Shown: positions 1 to 11,224, numbered from the stretch's first letter. The stretch is DNA of 64,000 nucleotides from Candidatus Tenderia sp. (GCA_031416075.1 JANOSY010000005.1:32912-96911), one strand, 5' to 3'. A program made the numbers and translations. Notes: generated from the sequence alone by a model not told the origin.

Positions 1-344
1 CCCAGCTGGGTGGGGCGTGCCTGTGGTGACAGCTTGACCATATTTTGCGCCCCCGACCCACCACGCTCCAGTTGCAATACCGGCTTACCGTCCACATAGA
101 CCAGGGAGAGGATATCCCCAGGGTAGATCAGGTGAGGGTTTTTAATCTCGGGATTCAGGTTCCAGATTTCGGGCCAGCGCCATGGATCGCGCAAAAACTT
201 GCTGGAGATATCCCACAATGTATCCCCCGTCACCACCACATGGCGGCTTGGGTGGTCAGGCTTGAGCGCCAGAGTGTCCGCTAACAGAGTGCCGTTGAAA
301 TAGAGAGTGACTGCAACAGCCAACAGAGCTTTCCTGATAAACAT
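1..344 (-). CDS. LysM peptidoglycan-binding protein (TsaP-like), 3' end runs off the window
   Basis: Not in the ORF track. Manual translation from ATG 344: MFIRKALLAVAVTLYFNGTLLADTLALKPDHPSRHVVVTGDTLWDISSKFLRDPWRWPEIWNLNPEIKNPHLIYPGDIL = signal peptide + LysM (GDTLWDIS...NPHLIYPG). Divergent from def, a common gammaproteobacterial arrangement. Confidence 0.9.
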   Translation of the reverse strand, partial: MFIRKALLAVAVTLYFNGTLLADTLALKPDHPSRHVVVTGDTLWDISSKFLRDPWRWPEIWNLNPEIKNPHLIYPGDILSLVYVDGKPVLQLERGGSGAQNMVKLSPQARPTQL

Positions 345-500
345 GGAGCATCCTTATAAAATCGTTTCCGTACGAAGCTAGTGATTCTGCCAAAGTACAC
401 CAACTTTAAGACTAATTGTAACTAATGGCGACAACAAGCTGCGATGAACTGAGTTCAGCAGTATAATCGGCAGACGACATTTTTAATTAATGACTATTAT

Positions 501-1004
501 ATGGCCATCAGACCGATATTACACTTTCCCGACCCCAAACTGAGAACAGCATCCATCCCGGTGGTGGAGGTCGACGACAATATTCGCACATTGATCGACG
601 ATATGCTCGAAACCATGTACGAAGCGCCGGGCATCGGCTTGGCCGCGCCCCAGGTGGCAGCGTTCCAGCGGGTGATTGTAGTGGATACCTCTGAAGACCG
701 CAGCACCCCGCTGGTCCTTGTGAATCCGGAACTGCTGGAGTGCCGGGGCCTGGAGGAGATGGATGAGGGGTGTCTCTCGGTACCGGGGATTTTTGAGCCG
801 GTAGAGCGTGCAGAGTGGATCCGGGTGCGGGCGCTGGATCGCAGCGGCCAACCGTTTGAGATGGAGGCCAGTGGTCTGGAGGCGGTCTGTATCCAGCATG
901 AGATTGACCATCTCGACGGTAAACTGTTTGTTGACTACCTCTCTGACATGAAGCGCAACCGCATCCGCAAGAAGATGGAAAAACAGCGTCGCCAGACACT
1001 CTGA
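501..1004 (+). CDS. def: peptide deformylase
   Basis: [13 protein letters not shown] and HEIDH motifs. Confidence 0.98.
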   Translation: MAIRPILHFPDPKLRTASIPVVEVDDNIRTLIDDMLETMYEAPGIGLAAPQVAAFQRVIVVDTSEDRSTPLVLVNPELLECRGLEEMDEGCLSVPGIFEPVERAEWIRVRALDRSGQPFEMEASGLEAVCIQHEIDHLDGKLFVDYLSDMKRNRIRKKMEKQRRQTL

Positions 1005-1046
1005 CCCTCTGAATTGCCACTCCCTTCATCACACTATAAAGGCACC

Positions 1047-2021
1047 ATGACAGCAGCAGGTTTGAACGTAGTTTTTGCCGGAACCCCCGAATTTGCCGCC
1101 GAGGCACTACAGGCATTGATCGACTCACCTCATCAGGTGGTAGCGGCCTATACCCAACCGGATCGTCCCGCCGGGCGCGGCCGCAAACTGACCGCCAGCC
1201 CGGTTAAGCTACTGGCTCAGACCCACGGGATCCCGGTCTACCAACCGGAACGGCTCAAGGGAGAGACGGAACAGCAACAGCTGCGTGAGCTGGGGGCCGA
1301 CGTTATGGTCGTCGTGGCGTACGGTTTGATTCTGCCCAAGGCCGTCCTTGATATCCCACGCTTGGGGTGCATTAACATTCACGCCTCGCTCCTGCCGCGC
1401 TGGCGTGGTGCCGCACCGATCCAGCGCGCCATTCTTGCCGGTGATGAGATGAGCGGCGTTACCATTATGCAGATGGATGCTGGGCTTGATACCGGCGCCA
1501 TGCTAATCATCGAAACCACCCCCATCGGTCATGACGATACCGCCAGCACCCTGCATGACCGTCTGGCCGAGATCGGCGCACGCACCGTGCTCACCGCACT
1601 GGAGCAGCTCCAGCGTGGCACCGCCGCGCCGGTCATCCAGAATGAGGCGGATACCTGTTACGCCCAAAAGCTCTCAAAAGAGGAGGCGTTGCTGGCGTGG
1701 GAACGCCCGGCCATCGAACTCGAACGGCAGGTCCGTGCCTTCAACCCCTGGCCGGTGGCCCAAAGCCACTACGAAGGGGAGGTGGTGCGGATCTGGCAGG
1801 CGCGTGCCCTGGAGGGTGAAGACAACCATGGTCTGGCCCCCGGCAGTGTGGTGGCCGCCACCAAGGCCGGTGTCGATATCGCCACCGGCAAGGGTCTGCT
1901 GCGACTGGAGCAGGCGCAACTGCCGGGGGGGCGACCGCTGGCGGCGGTGGATCTGCTCAACGCCCGCAAATCACTGAAGCAGGCCGGTGCCTGTTTTAAT
2001 ACCCCCGCAGTCACTGCCTGA
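1047..2021 (+). CDS. fmt: methionyl-tRNA formyltransferase
   Basis: FAGTPEFA, TQPDRPAGRG, INIHASLLPRWRGAAPIQ; follows def; start moved to ATG 1047. Confidence 0.97.
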   Translation: MTAAGLNVVFAGTPEFAAEALQALIDSPHQVVAAYTQPDRPAGRGRKLTASPVKLLAQTHGIPVYQPERLKGETEQQQLRELGADVMVVVAYGLILPKAVLDIPRLGCINIHASLLPRWRGAAPIQRAILAGDEMSGVTIMQMDAGLDTGAMLIIETTPIGHDDTASTLHDRLAEIGARTVLTALEQLQRGTAAPVIQNEADTCYAQKLSKEEALLAWERPAIELERQVRAFNPWPVAQSHYEGEVVRIWQARALEGEDNHGLAPGSVVAATKAGVDIATGKGLLRLEQAQLPGGRPLAAVDLLNARKSLKQAGACFNTPAVTA

Positions 2022-2022
2022 G

Positions 2023-3330
2023 ATGGATGTACGTGCAGTGGCAGCCATGGCCCTGAGTGAGGTGTTTCGCCAGGGCCACTCTCTCACCTCGGTACTGCCT
2101 CGTTGGCAGACACAGCTCTCAGCCAAGGATCGTCCGCTCCTGCAGGAGCTCTGTTACGGTGTGCTGCGCTGGCAGCCACGGCTTGATGCGCTGGCATCGC
2201 AGTTGCTGCAAAAACCCTTCAAAACCAAAGATATGGATGTTCACGCCCTGGTCCTGCTGGGGTTTTATCAGATGATCTACCTGCGTGTGCCAGACCACGC
2301 TGCGGTCTCCGCCACTGTGGCCGTAACCACAGCGCTGAAAAAACCGTGGGCGCGTGGTTTAGTAAACGCCGTGCTGCGCAACTTTCAGCGACAAAGCGAA
2401 ACCCTGCTGGCGGGGCTGGATGAAGCCCCGGTCTCACGCTGGGCCCACCCCCACTGGTTTATCGAAAAACTACGCCACGCCTACCCTGAGCAGTGGCAGA
2501 CCGTGCTGGCCGCCAACAACCAATACCCACCGCTGGTGCTGCGGATTAACCGCACCAAGACAAGTCGTGACGACTATCAACAACGGCTGCTGGCCGTCGG
2601 TATCGAATCGGAGCCTACGCCTCACTGCAAAGAGGGGCTGATCCTGTCACGGGCGGTAGATGTGGAGACGCTGCCAGGGTTTTTTGATGGTGAGGTATCG
2701 GTGCAGGATTCCGCAGCACAGCTGGCTGCCGGGCTGCTGGCCGCAGAACCCGGCGACTACATCCTGGACGCTTGCGCCGCCCCCGGCGGTAAAACCGCCC
2801 ATGTGCTGGAGTGCCAGCCGACAGTGGAGCTGGTGGCACTGGATCAGGATGGTGGCCGGCTGGAACGGCTGCACAACAATCTGCAACGGTTGCAGCTCCA
2901 GGCAACGGTGGTCACCGCCGATGCCGCCGCGCCCGAATTGTGGTGGGATGGCCGTCTCTTTGACCGCATCATGCTCGATGCACCCTGCTCTGCTACGGGG
3001 GTGATCCGCCGTCACCCCGATATCAAACTCCTGCGCCGCGCCGACGACATTGCCGTACTGGCGACACTGCAGGGGAAAATTTTGCGGGCACTCTGGCCAC
3101 TATTAAAACCGGGGGGTCGGTTGCTCTATGTCACCTGCTCGGTACTGCCACAAGAGAATGTACGCCAGCTCAACGCCTTTTGCCGTGAGCAGGATGACGC
3201 TCAGGAGCAGCTGATTTCGGCCCCTTGGGGAGAGGCCCAAACCGTCGGCCGGCAGATCTTACCCGGAGAGAGCGACATGGATGGCTTTTACTACGCCTGC
3301 CTGCAAAAAGAGGCGGCCCCCACGCCATGA
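2023..3330 (+). CDS. rsmB: 16S rRNA m5C967 methyltransferase
   Basis: NusB-like N-terminus, DACAAPGGKT, DAPCSATG, TCS motifs; follows fmt. Confidence 0.96.
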   Translation: MDVRAVAAMALSEVFRQGHSLTSVLPRWQTQLSAKDRPLLQELCYGVLRWQPRLDALASQLLQKPFKTKDMDVHALVLLGFYQMIYLRVPDHAAVSATVAVTTALKKPWARGLVNAVLRNFQRQSETLLAGLDEAPVSRWAHPHWFIEKLRHAYPEQWQTVLAANNQYPPLVLRINRTKTSRDDYQQRLLAVGIESEPTPHCKEGLILSRAVDVETLPGFFDGEVSVQDSAAQLAAGLLAAEPGDYILDACAAPGGKTAHVLECQPTVELVALDQDGGRLERLHNNLQRLQLQATVVTADAAAPELWWDGRLFDRIMLDAPCSATGVIRRHPDIKLLRRADDIAVLATLQGKILRALWPLLKPGGRLLYVTCSVLPQENVRQLNAFCREQDDAQEQLISAPWGEAQTVGRQILPGESDMDGFYYACLQKEAAPTP

Positions 3331-3926
3331 TGGCTACAAGATCGACCATCACCCGTCTTAGCCTTGCCCTGCTGTTCTGGTTTGCCACCCCTTGGGCCTA
3401 TGGCGATGGGGAAAAGATCACCTATCAACAGACCCCCGGGTTTGTTGTGCTCTCGGCCACCGCCCAGAATATTGAGGGAATAGTTCATCTTGACGCCACC
3501 TTTGCCCTGCGCTTTGGCACAACGTTAGAGGAGGCACTGCACAGCGGCGTGGTACTGCCACTGTTGGTGGAGATTGAGGTATTGCAACAGCGTGAATACC
3601 TCTGGCCCAAAACCGTCGCCCATGTTGAGCAGGGTTACCTGCTCTCATTCAACGCCGTCACCGGGCAATATCTGCTGCACAACCGCAATACCGATATCCA
3701 ACAACGCCTGCCCAGCCTCAGCGCCGTCAGGGCGGTACTGGGCAATCTGAATAAGTTTCCATTGATGGGCCGCACCCAGATCAAGGAGGACAGGCAGTAT
3801 CTGGCCCGGCTGCGGATCACCGTCGCCAGTGACCAGCTGCCGGTTCCACTGCGATTAATGAGCTATGTCACATCCGATTGGGACATACAGAGTGAGTGGT
3901 ACCAGTGGCCATTAAAAGTGCGTTAA
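3327..3926 (+). CDS. DUF4390-like exported protein
   Basis: Signal peptide, C-terminal QLPVPLRL...SDW...WYQW; ATGA overlap with rsmB stop; usual position between rsmB and ntrY. Confidence 0.8.
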   Translation: MMATRSTITRLSLALLFWFATPWAYGDGEKITYQQTPGFVVLSATAQNIEGIVHLDATFALRFGTTLEEALHSGVVLPLLVEIEVLQQREYLWPKTVAHVEQGYLLSFNAVTGQYLLHNRNTDIQQRLPSLSAVRAVLGNLNKFPLMGRTQIKEDRQYLARLRITVASDQLPVPLRLMSYVTSDWDIQSEWYQWPLKVR

Positions 3927-6157
3927 AACGCCGTTTCTCTGGCGGGGGTCCCATCATACTGCTGCTGGGGCTGCTGCTCGGTTCGCTCTATCTGATGGGG
4001 GGGGCCACCGAAAACTCCGAGCAGTTCAGTCGCATCTATATGCCACTTCTTGTTATTAATGGATTGATTTTGTTGCTGTTGTTGGGGCTTATTGCCATCA
4101 ATATCGGGCGCCTGATCCGGCAATACCGCAGTCGCGCCACTGGCTCACGGCTGACGCTACGACTGGTGGTGATGTTTGTGGCCCTGGCGGTCACGCCGGT
4201 ATCGGTGCTCTACTACTTTTCCCTCGGTTTTATCCGCCACGGCATCGACAGCTGGTTTGACGTACGTGTCGAACGGGTGATGAGTGACGCCCTGGAGCTG
4301 AGCCGCACCACCCTCGACTGGCGGCTGCGCGATCTGATGCGCCAGACCGAACAGATGGCGCGCACTATCAGCGATGTTGCGCCAGAACAGCAGCTGCACA
4401 TGTTAAACACCTTGCGCTCGCAGCAGGGGGCATGGGAGCTGGCGATCAGCCAGATCAATGGCACCATCACCGGTTTCAGCAATACCAACCCCCGTCAGCT
4501 CACCCCCACCGCTATCGATGCTGTAGTGCTATCGCAGCTGAAAGGTGGCTTGGCCTACGTTGCCCTCGAACCTGGCAAAGGGGTGGATAAGGAGCTTTTT
4601 GCACGTCTGGTGGTGAGTATTCCCGCCTCCAGCGACAACGTCACCCCCCGTCTGCTGCAGGCAATTTTTCCAGTCCCCGCCGGTATCGATACCCTGATGG
4701 AGCGGGTCCGCCACGCCTCCAGTCAGTATGAACAGCTCGCCTTTTTTAGCGGACCACTCAAATTCAGCTTCATCCTGACACTCTCTCTGGTCCTGCTACT
4801 AAGCATGTTCACCGCCATCTGGGTCGCTTTTTATCTGGCACAGCGGCTGGTGGCACCGATCCGCATCCTGGCCATCGGTACCCGTTCGGTGGCGGAGGGG
4901 GACTACCACCGCCAGCTGCCCACCACCGTTGCCACCGACGACGAGCTTGGATTTTTGGTCAAATCGTTTAATACCATGATGTTACGCATCGCACTCACGC
5001 GGGAGGAGGCGGAGCGTAGCCGCCTGCGGCTAGAGAGTCAGAAACGCTATCTCGAAACCGTACTCGGCCATCTCTCCTCCGGTGTTATCACATTTGACAG
5101 TGAAGGGCTGCTGCTCACCGCCAATACCGCTGCCGAACAGATTCTGGGGGTGGAACTGATCAGTGCGACCAATACCACATTGGCTAACATCGGCCAGAGC
5201 CATGAACATACCCAGGCCTTTGTTGAGGCACAGCTGGCACAGATTGGCGCGGCACAGGAGGGATGGCAAGAGCAGGTGGTGCTCTACGGTGCCAATGGCC
5301 GTCAGGTCTTGATGTGTCGGGGTGTGCATCTGCCTGCCCGTCTGGTTGAGCAGCAGCAGGATACCGGTTACGTGGTGGTATTTGATGATGTCACCACCTT
5401 GCTCCAGGCCCAGCGCGACGCCGCCTGGGGTGAGGTGGCGCGGCGTATCGCCCACGAGATTAAAAATCCACTGACACCGATCCGTCTCTCTGCCGAACGG
5501 TTACGTCACAAATATCTGCCGACCATGAATGAGGAGGAGTCGCAGCTGCTCGACCGCGCTACCCATACCATCGTGCAGCAGGTGGAGAACATGAAAGAGC
5601 TGGTCAAGGCCTTTGCCGACTACGCCCGCGCCCCACAGCTGGAGCTGCTGCCCATCAACCTTAACGCCCTGATCAACGAGGTGTTGGAGCTCTATCGCAG
5701 CTCACCCCGCTCACTGATACTGGAGGTGAATCTTGACCCGCAGATCGGCCAAGCCCGCCAGATCCACGCCGACAGTGGCCGGATCCGTCAGCTGATCCAC
5801 AACCTGATTAAAAACGCGATCGAGGCCGCCGATGGCGAAAACGATATCCACATCAAGGTTGAAACGCGCCAGATTGAGGGCGAAACCCCACAGGTGGAGC
5901 TGAGTGTGACCGACAGCGGCCCCGGAATTCCGGAGGCACTGCTCAACAAAATCTTTGAACCCTACATCAGCACCAAACCCAAAGGGGACGGCTTGGGGCT
6001 GGCAATCGTCAAAAAGATTGTCGAAGAGCATAATGGTACCCTCTGGGCCGAGAACCTGAGTGACGGCGGCGGTGCCCGTTTTAACATCCGTCTGCCACTG
6101 CAGCTGGCACGCCCGCCAAGCCCGCAACAAAGCGACAACCATGAGGTAATTGGATGA
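3896..6157 (+). CDS. ntrY: NtrY-like sensor histidine kinase (TM-HAMP-PAS-HisKA-HATPase)
   Basis: AWGEVARRIAHEIKNPLTPIRLSAERL H-box; N, G1 and G2 boxes; HAMP and PAS regions. Confidence 0.9.
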   Translation: MVPVAIKSALKRRFSGGGPIILLLGLLLGSLYLMGGATENSEQFSRIYMPLLVINGLILLLLLGLIAINIGRLIRQYRSRATGSRLTLRLVVMFVALAVTPVSVLYYFSLGFIRHGIDSWFDVRVERVMSDALELSRTTLDWRLRDLMRQTEQMARTISDVAPEQQLHMLNTLRSQQGAWELAISQINGTITGFSNTNPRQLTPTAIDAVVLSQLKGGLAYVALEPGKGVDKELFARLVVSIPASSDNVTPRLLQAIFPVPAGIDTLMERVRHASSQYEQLAFFSGPLKFSFILTLSLVLLLSMFTAIWVAFYLAQRLVAPIRILAIGTRSVAEGDYHRQLPTTVATDDELGFLVKSFNTMMLRIALTREEAERSRLRLESQKRYLETVLGHLSSGVITFDSEGLLLTANTAAEQILGVELISATNTTLANIGQSHEHTQAFVEAQLAQIGAAQEGWQEQVVLYGANGRQVLMCRGVHLPARLVEQQQDTGYVVVFDDVTTLLQAQRDAAWGEVARRIAHEIKNPLTPIRLSAERLRHKYLPTMNEEESQLLDRATHTIVQQVENMKELVKAFADYARAPQLELLPINLNALINEVLELYRSSPRSLILEVNLDPQIGQARQIHADSGRIRQLIHNLIKNAIEAADGENDIHIKVETRQIEGETPQVELSVTDSGPGIPEALLNKIFEPYISTKPKGDGLGLAIVKKIVEEHNGTLWAENLSDGGGARFNIRLPLQLARPPSPQQSDNHEVIG

Positions 6158-7539
6158 CAGCGCCCCATATTCTGGTCGTGGATGACGAAACCGATATTCG
6201 CGAACTGGTCAAAGAGATCCTCGAAGATGAACACTACAGCGTCACCAGCGCTGCCGATGGTGCTGCCGCGCGCCGCGCCTATCAGGAGCGCCGCCCCGAC
6301 CTGATCCTGCTCGACGTCTGGATGCCCGACATAGACGGCATTACGCTGCTCAAAGAGTGGCAAACCAGCGCCCAGTCTGACAACAACCCCATGCCACCGG
6401 TGGTGATCATGTCGGGCCATGGCACTGTTGAGACGGCGGTTGAAGCGACCCGACTGGGGGCCTATGATTTCCTCGAAAAACCACTCTCCATGGCCAAACT
6501 GCTCATCACCCTGCGCCATGCGCTGGATGACCAGAATCTGCGCCGTGAAGCCAGCGCCCAGCGCCGCCAGCTCCAGCCCCTGAGCCAGCCGCTGGGCAAA
6601 AGCGAAGGGATGAGCCGTCTGCGCGATCAGGCCGTGCAGGCCGCCGGCAGTGATGCCACCCTCCTGCTCAGTGGCGAGTCGGGCGCGGGCAAACGTCTCT
6701 TAGCCCAGTTTATCCACAGTCGCAGCAGCCGTCGCAGCGGTCCGTTTATTGAGGTTGGCATGGCCACCTTGAGCGGTGCTGACGGGGCGGCACGACTCTT
6801 TGGCGAGGAGCGTAGTGGCCAACCGATGGTTGCCGGACTGCTGGAGCAGGCCAACGGCGGCACCCTGTTTCTGCATGAGGTGTGGAGCATGGAGGCCCCA
6901 CTACAGACCCAGCTGGCCCAGGCCCTGGATGTTGGCCACTTTCGCCGTAGCGGCGGCATTGCTACGGTCAAGCTGAACCTGAGGATAATCGCCAGCAGTA
7001 GCCGTCCGCTGGCCACCGAGGTGCAGCAGGGGCGCTTTAACGCCCGACTCTTCTACCAGCTCAGTGTTGTCCCCATCACCGTGCCGCCGCTGCGTGACCA
7101 TCGGGATGATCTGCTCGAGCTGCTGGCCTACTACGTCGACTACTTTGTCGAACGTGAAGGGCTCACCTACCGCTCCTTCTCGGTCGCCGCCCAAAACCGG
7201 CTGCGGCACCATAACTGGCCCGGCAACGTACGCGAGTTTATCAACCTGGTGCACCGCTTTTTAACCCTGGGCGAGAGTGGCATCGTAGAGAGCACCGAGG
7301 TTGAACAGGCCTTGGGGGCGACCCATCTACCCACCGCCTCGGAGCAGGTGCTGGAGCTGGATTTTGATCTGCCGTTACGCCAAGCCCGTGAGCTGTTTGA
7401 GAAGGCCTATTTTGAGTACCAGCTCCAGGTAACTGATGGCAACGTCTCGCAGGTGGCAAAACGGTCGGGCATTGAACGCACTCATCTTTATCGCAAAATG
7501 AAGTCGCTGGGCATTAATCCAAAAGAAGATCTGAATTAG
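6154..7539 (+). CDS. ntrX: NtrX-like response regulator (REC-AAA+-Fis HTH)
   Basis: LLDVWMPDIDG receiver, MSGHGTVETAV, WPGNVRE, ERTHLYRKMK HTH; coupled to ntrY. Confidence 0.88.
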   Translation: MTAPHILVVDDETDIRELVKEILEDEHYSVTSAADGAAARRAYQERRPDLILLDVWMPDIDGITLLKEWQTSAQSDNNPMPPVVIMSGHGTVETAVEATRLGAYDFLEKPLSMAKLLITLRHALDDQNLRREASAQRRQLQPLSQPLGKSEGMSRLRDQAVQAAGSDATLLLSGESGAGKRLLAQFIHSRSSRRSGPFIEVGMATLSGADGAARLFGEERSGQPMVAGLLEQANGGTLFLHEVWSMEAPLQTQLAQALDVGHFRRSGGIATVKLNLRIIASSSRPLATEVQQGRFNARLFYQLSVVPITVPPLRDHRDDLLELLAYYVDYFVEREGLTYRSFSVAAQNRLRHHNWPGNVREFINLVHRFLTLGESGIVESTEVEQALGATHLPTASEQVLELDFDLPLRQARELFEKAYFEYQLQVTDGNVSQVAKRSGIERTHLYRKMKSLGINPKEDLN

Positions 7540-7594
7540 TGGCCATTAATATAGTAAAGTGCGCGCTCCCGACGCCGATGAGTAACGGTCAGAT

Positions 7595-8968
7595 ATGAAA
7601 ATTATAATTCTGGGTGCAGGCCAGGTTGGCTCCTCTGTCGCCGCCAATCTCGCCAGAGAGGCCAACGACATTACGGTGGTTGATGTTGATATCACCCTAC
7701 TGCAGGATCTCCAGGATCGCCTCGATATCCGCACCGTTCATGGCCAAGGCTCCCATCCCGACGTGCTTAGACGCGCCGGTGCGGAGGATGCCGACATGAT
7801 CCTGGCTGTCACCAACAGCGACGAGACCAACATGCTCGCCTGCGAGGTGGCGCAACACCTCTTCCGTACCCCCACCAAGATCGCCCGGGTCCGCGCCCGC
7901 GAATATCTCCAGTATCCCAAACTCTTTGGCCCCGAGGCGATTGCGGTCGATGTCATGCTCAGCCCCGAACAGCTGGTGATCGACTACATGGAGCGGCTCA
8001 TCGACCACCCCGGCGCGCTGCAGGTACTCGATTTTGCGGATGGTCTGGTGCAACTGGTGGCGGTCAAGGCCTACCACGGCGGGCCACTGGTGGGACAGGC
8101 GCTGCGCAAACTCCGTGACCACATGCCCACTGTTGAAACCCGCGTCGCCGCCATCTTCCGCAAAGGCACCCCCATCATCCCCGAGGGCGAGACCGTCATT
8201 GAGGCCGACGATGAGGTCTTCTTCATCGTTGCCCGCAAAGATATCCGCAAGGTGATCGGTGAGCTGCGCCATCTCGATAGACCCAACAAACGCATCATCA
8301 TCGCCGGTGGCGGTAACATTGGCAAAGGGCTGGCGCGGGCGCTGGAGAACAACTACCAGGTCAAGCTCATCGACCACAATCTGCGCAACTCGCAGCTGAT
8401 CTCGGAGGAGTTGGAGCGCACTATCGTGCTGCATGGCGATGCCGCCGATGAGGAGCTGCTGCAAGAAGAGAACATCGCCAGCACCGATGTCTTCTGTGCC
8501 GTCACCAATGACGACGAGGCCAATATCCTCTCGGCGATGCTGGCCAAGCGCCTCGGTGCGCGCAAGGTGATGGCGCTGATCAATCGCGGCTCCTACGTAC
8601 ATCTGGTGGAGTCGAGTGACATCGATATCGCCATCTCGCCCCACCAGGCGATGATCGGCAGCCTGCTGGCCCATGTGCGGCGTGGCGATGTGGCGGTGGT
8701 GCACTCGTTGCGCCATGGCGCCGCCGAGGCGATCGAGGCGATTGCCCATGGCGACAAACGCTCCTCCAAGGTGGTGGGACGCACCATTGAAGAGATCAAG
8801 CTGCCGCCAGGGACCAACATCGGTGCCATCGTCCGCAACGGCGAGGTGATCATCGCCCACCACAACACCGTCATCGAGCCCGAGGACCATGTCATCCTCT
8901 TTCTGGTCGACAAGCGCCGCGTGCGCGAGGTGGAGAAACTGTTCCAGGTCGGGATCACCTTCCTCTAG
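7595..8968 (+). CDS. trkA: Trk K+ uptake NAD-binding subunit
   Basis: [12 protein letters not shown]; two RCK units (GGGNIG); 457 aa. Confidence 0.97.
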   Translation: MKIIILGAGQVGSSVAANLAREANDITVVDVDITLLQDLQDRLDIRTVHGQGSHPDVLRRAGAEDADMILAVTNSDETNMLACEVAQHLFRTPTKIARVRAREYLQYPKLFGPEAIAVDVMLSPEQLVIDYMERLIDHPGALQVLDFADGLVQLVAVKAYHGGPLVGQALRKLRDHMPTVETRVAAIFRKGTPIIPEGETVIEADDEVFFIVARKDIRKVIGELRHLDRPNKRIIIAGGGNIGKGLARALENNYQVKLIDHNLRNSQLISEELERTIVLHGDAADEELLQEENIASTDVFCAVTNDDEANILSAMLAKRLGARKVMALINRGSYVHLVESSDIDIAISPHQAMIGSLLAHVRRGDVAVVHSLRHGAAEAIEAIAHGDKRSSKVVGRTIEEIKLPPGTNIGAIVRNGEVIIAHHNTVIEPEDHVILFLVDKRRVREVEKLFQVGITFL

Positions 8969-8974
8969 GTCACC

Positions 8975-10429
8975 ATGCAACTTACTGCCGTACAACGAAT
9001 CCTCGGTCTGCTACTGATGCTCTTCAGTATCACCCTGCTGCCACCACTGGCGGTCTCCTATGCTTATGACGATGGCGTCACCACCCCCTTTCTGGTGAGT
9101 TTTTGCCTGACCCTGCTCACCGGCCTATTCTTCTGGTGGCCGGTGCGCCGCCGCCGTTCTGAGCTGCGGATGCGTGACGGCTTTCTGATTGTGGTGATGT
9201 TCTGGACGGTACTGGGGCTGTTCGGTGCCCTGCCGCTGATGCTCTCCCACCAGCCCCACCTCTCGATTACCGACGCGGTGTTTGAATCGATCTCCGGTCT
9301 TACTACTACAGGGGCCACCATCATCGCTGCCGGGCTGGACACGCTACCGAAGTCAATCCTCTACCATCGCGCCCAGCTCCACTTCCTCGGCGGCATGGGC
9401 ATCATCGTCCTGGCGGTAGCGATCCTGCCACTACTGGGGATCGGGGGCATGCAGCTGTTCCGCGCCGAGACGCCGGGGCCGATGAAGGACTCCAAGCTCA
9501 CCCCGCGCATCACCGAGACCGCCAAGGGGTTGTGGTATGTCTACCTCATTCTCAACGTCGCCTGCACCTTGGCCTTTTGGGCGGGCGGCATGACCTTCTT
9601 TGACGCCATCACCCACGCCTTCTCCACCCTGGCGCTGGGCGGCTTCTCCACCCATGATGCCAGCTTTGGCTACTTCAACAGCCCGCTGCTCGAAGCCATC
9701 GCCATCTTCTTCATGTTCCTGGCGGGGATGAACTTTGCGCTCCACTTTCTGGCCTGGCGCGCCAACAGCTGGAAGGTCTACACTCAGGACAGCGAGTGGC
9801 AGGTCTACATGTGGCTATTGCTGATATCGCTGGTGCTCGTGGTGGGGTATCTCTGGTTAAGCGGCACCTATACCGACCCCCTGACGGCGCTACGTCACGG
9901 CACCTTCCAACTGGTCTCACTGGCCACCACCACCGGCTTCATCACCACAGGCTTTGCTGACTGGCCGGGCTTCCTGCCAGTCTTCATACTACTCACCAGC
10001 CTCGTCGTCAGCTGCGCCGGCTCCACTGGCGGCGGCATCAAGGCGATCCGCTTCCTGCTGCTGATCAAGCAGGGGGGGCGTGAGATCAAGCGGCTGATCC
10101 ACCCCGCCGCCCAGATCCCCATCAAGGTCGGCAGCAAGGCGGTGCCAGACCGTGTTATCGAGGCGGTCTGGGGCTTCTTCGCCCTCTGGGTCGCCACCTT
10201 CATTATTATGAGCATGTTGCTGATGGCGACCGGGCTGGATGCCTTCTCCGCCTTCTCCGGCGTGCTCGCCTGCATGACCAACGCTGGCCCTGGCCTCGGC
10301 AGCGTCACCATGAACTTCATGGAGGTCAGTGATTTTGGCAAATGGGTGCTGACCTTCGCCATGTTGCTGGGGCGGCTCGAGATCTTCACCCTGCTGGTGC
10401 TGCTCAGCCCCGCCTTCTGGCGCAAATAG
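8975..10429 (+). CDS. trkH: Trk K+ uptake membrane subunit
   Basis: FESISGLTTTGAT, GGMGII, GSTGGGIK, LGRLEIFT motifs. Confidence 0.97.
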   Translation: MQLTAVQRILGLLLMLFSITLLPPLAVSYAYDDGVTTPFLVSFCLTLLTGLFFWWPVRRRRSELRMRDGFLIVVMFWTVLGLFGALPLMLSHQPHLSITDAVFESISGLTTTGATIIAAGLDTLPKSILYHRAQLHFLGGMGIIVLAVAILPLLGIGGMQLFRAETPGPMKDSKLTPRITETAKGLWYVYLILNVACTLAFWAGGMTFFDAITHAFSTLALGGFSTHDASFGYFNSPLLEAIAIFFMFLAGMNFALHFLAWRANSWKVYTQDSEWQVYMWLLLISLVLVVGYLWLSGTYTDPLTALRHGTFQLVSLATTTGFITTGFADWPGFLPVFILLTSLVVSCAGSTGGGIKAIRFLLLIKQGGREIKRLIHPAAQIPIKVGSKAVPDRVIEAVWGFFALWVATFIIMSMLLMATGLDAFSAFSGVLACMTNAGPGLGSVTMNFMEVSDFGKWVLTFAMLLGRLEIFTLLVLLSPAFWRK

Positions 10430-10440
10430 AGGATTGCCTA

Positions 10441-11025
10441 ATGAGTGATGCCACCCGGGAAAAGTGGGACAGAATCTATAGCGAGCGGAGTGCAGAGTAC
10501 GGCCACCCCGTACGTGTAGTAGAGGAGAATATGCATCTCCTGCCCGCATCAGGAAAAGGGCTGGAACTCGCCTGCGGTCTTGCCAACAACAGCTTCGCCA
10601 TTGCCGCACGTGGTATCGAGATGGAGGCATGGGACATCTCCCCCGTTGCCGCTGCTCGGGTCAACCAACGCGCCACAGAGACCGGCGCCCAGGTCACGGC
10701 CTGCGCTCGCGATATTGTCACCGAGCCACCCACCGCCGCTGGTTACGACGTGGTTGTTGTCAGCCACTTCCTCGATCGCAGCTTAATACCCGCCATCATC
10801 GCCGCCCTCAAACCCGGCGGCCTGCTCTTCTACCAAACCTTCACCCAAACACGGGTGGCCGAAAGTGGTCCAAAAACCAATGACTGGCGTCTCGCCGATG
10901 GTGAACTACTCACCCTGTTTGCAGCGTTAAGACCACTGGTCTACCGCGAAGAGGGGCTGACCGGGGATACCAGCACCGGGCTGCGTAATGAGGCGCTACT
11001 GGTGGCACAGAAGGCAATCAACTAA
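10441..11025 (+). CDS. class I SAM-dependent methyltransferase (TehB-like)
   Basis: LELACGL motif I, WDIS, LKPGGLLFY; AGGA RBS before ATG 10441. Confidence 0.8.
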   Translation: MSDATREKWDRIYSERSAEYGHPVRVVEENMHLLPASGKGLELACGLANNSFAIAARGIEMEAWDISPVAAARVNQRATETGAQVTACARDIVTEPPTAAGYDVVVVSHFLDRSLIPAIIAALKPGGLLFYQTFTQTRVAESGPKTNDWRLADGELLTLFAALRPLVYREEGLTGDTSTGLRNEALLVAQKAIN

Positions 11026-11224
11026 ACAGCCCGCCCCACCCACTATTGATTGGCCAGTGTTGCAACCTCAAGGGGGGTTAAAGCAACACCGTACAGACGC
11101 ACGTTATCCACCTTGCCTTTAAAAAACCGCTGGTCATTCAACGTTGGCACCCATTTTCAGCCCTTCCCTGACATCTGAAATGATTTTACTTTTGCAGCCT
11201 ATCTCAAATCACTCTTTAGCAACA

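Noticed and set aside
45-284. 79-aa plus-strand ORF
   Set aside because: Antisense to the real LysM gene
7697-8995. 432-aa antisense ORF over trkA
   Set aside because: Shadow frame of a GC3-biased conserved gene; no motifs
11104-11112. DnaA-box-like TTATCCACC
   Set aside because: Single 8/9 match; no box cluster or unwinding element, so not oriC
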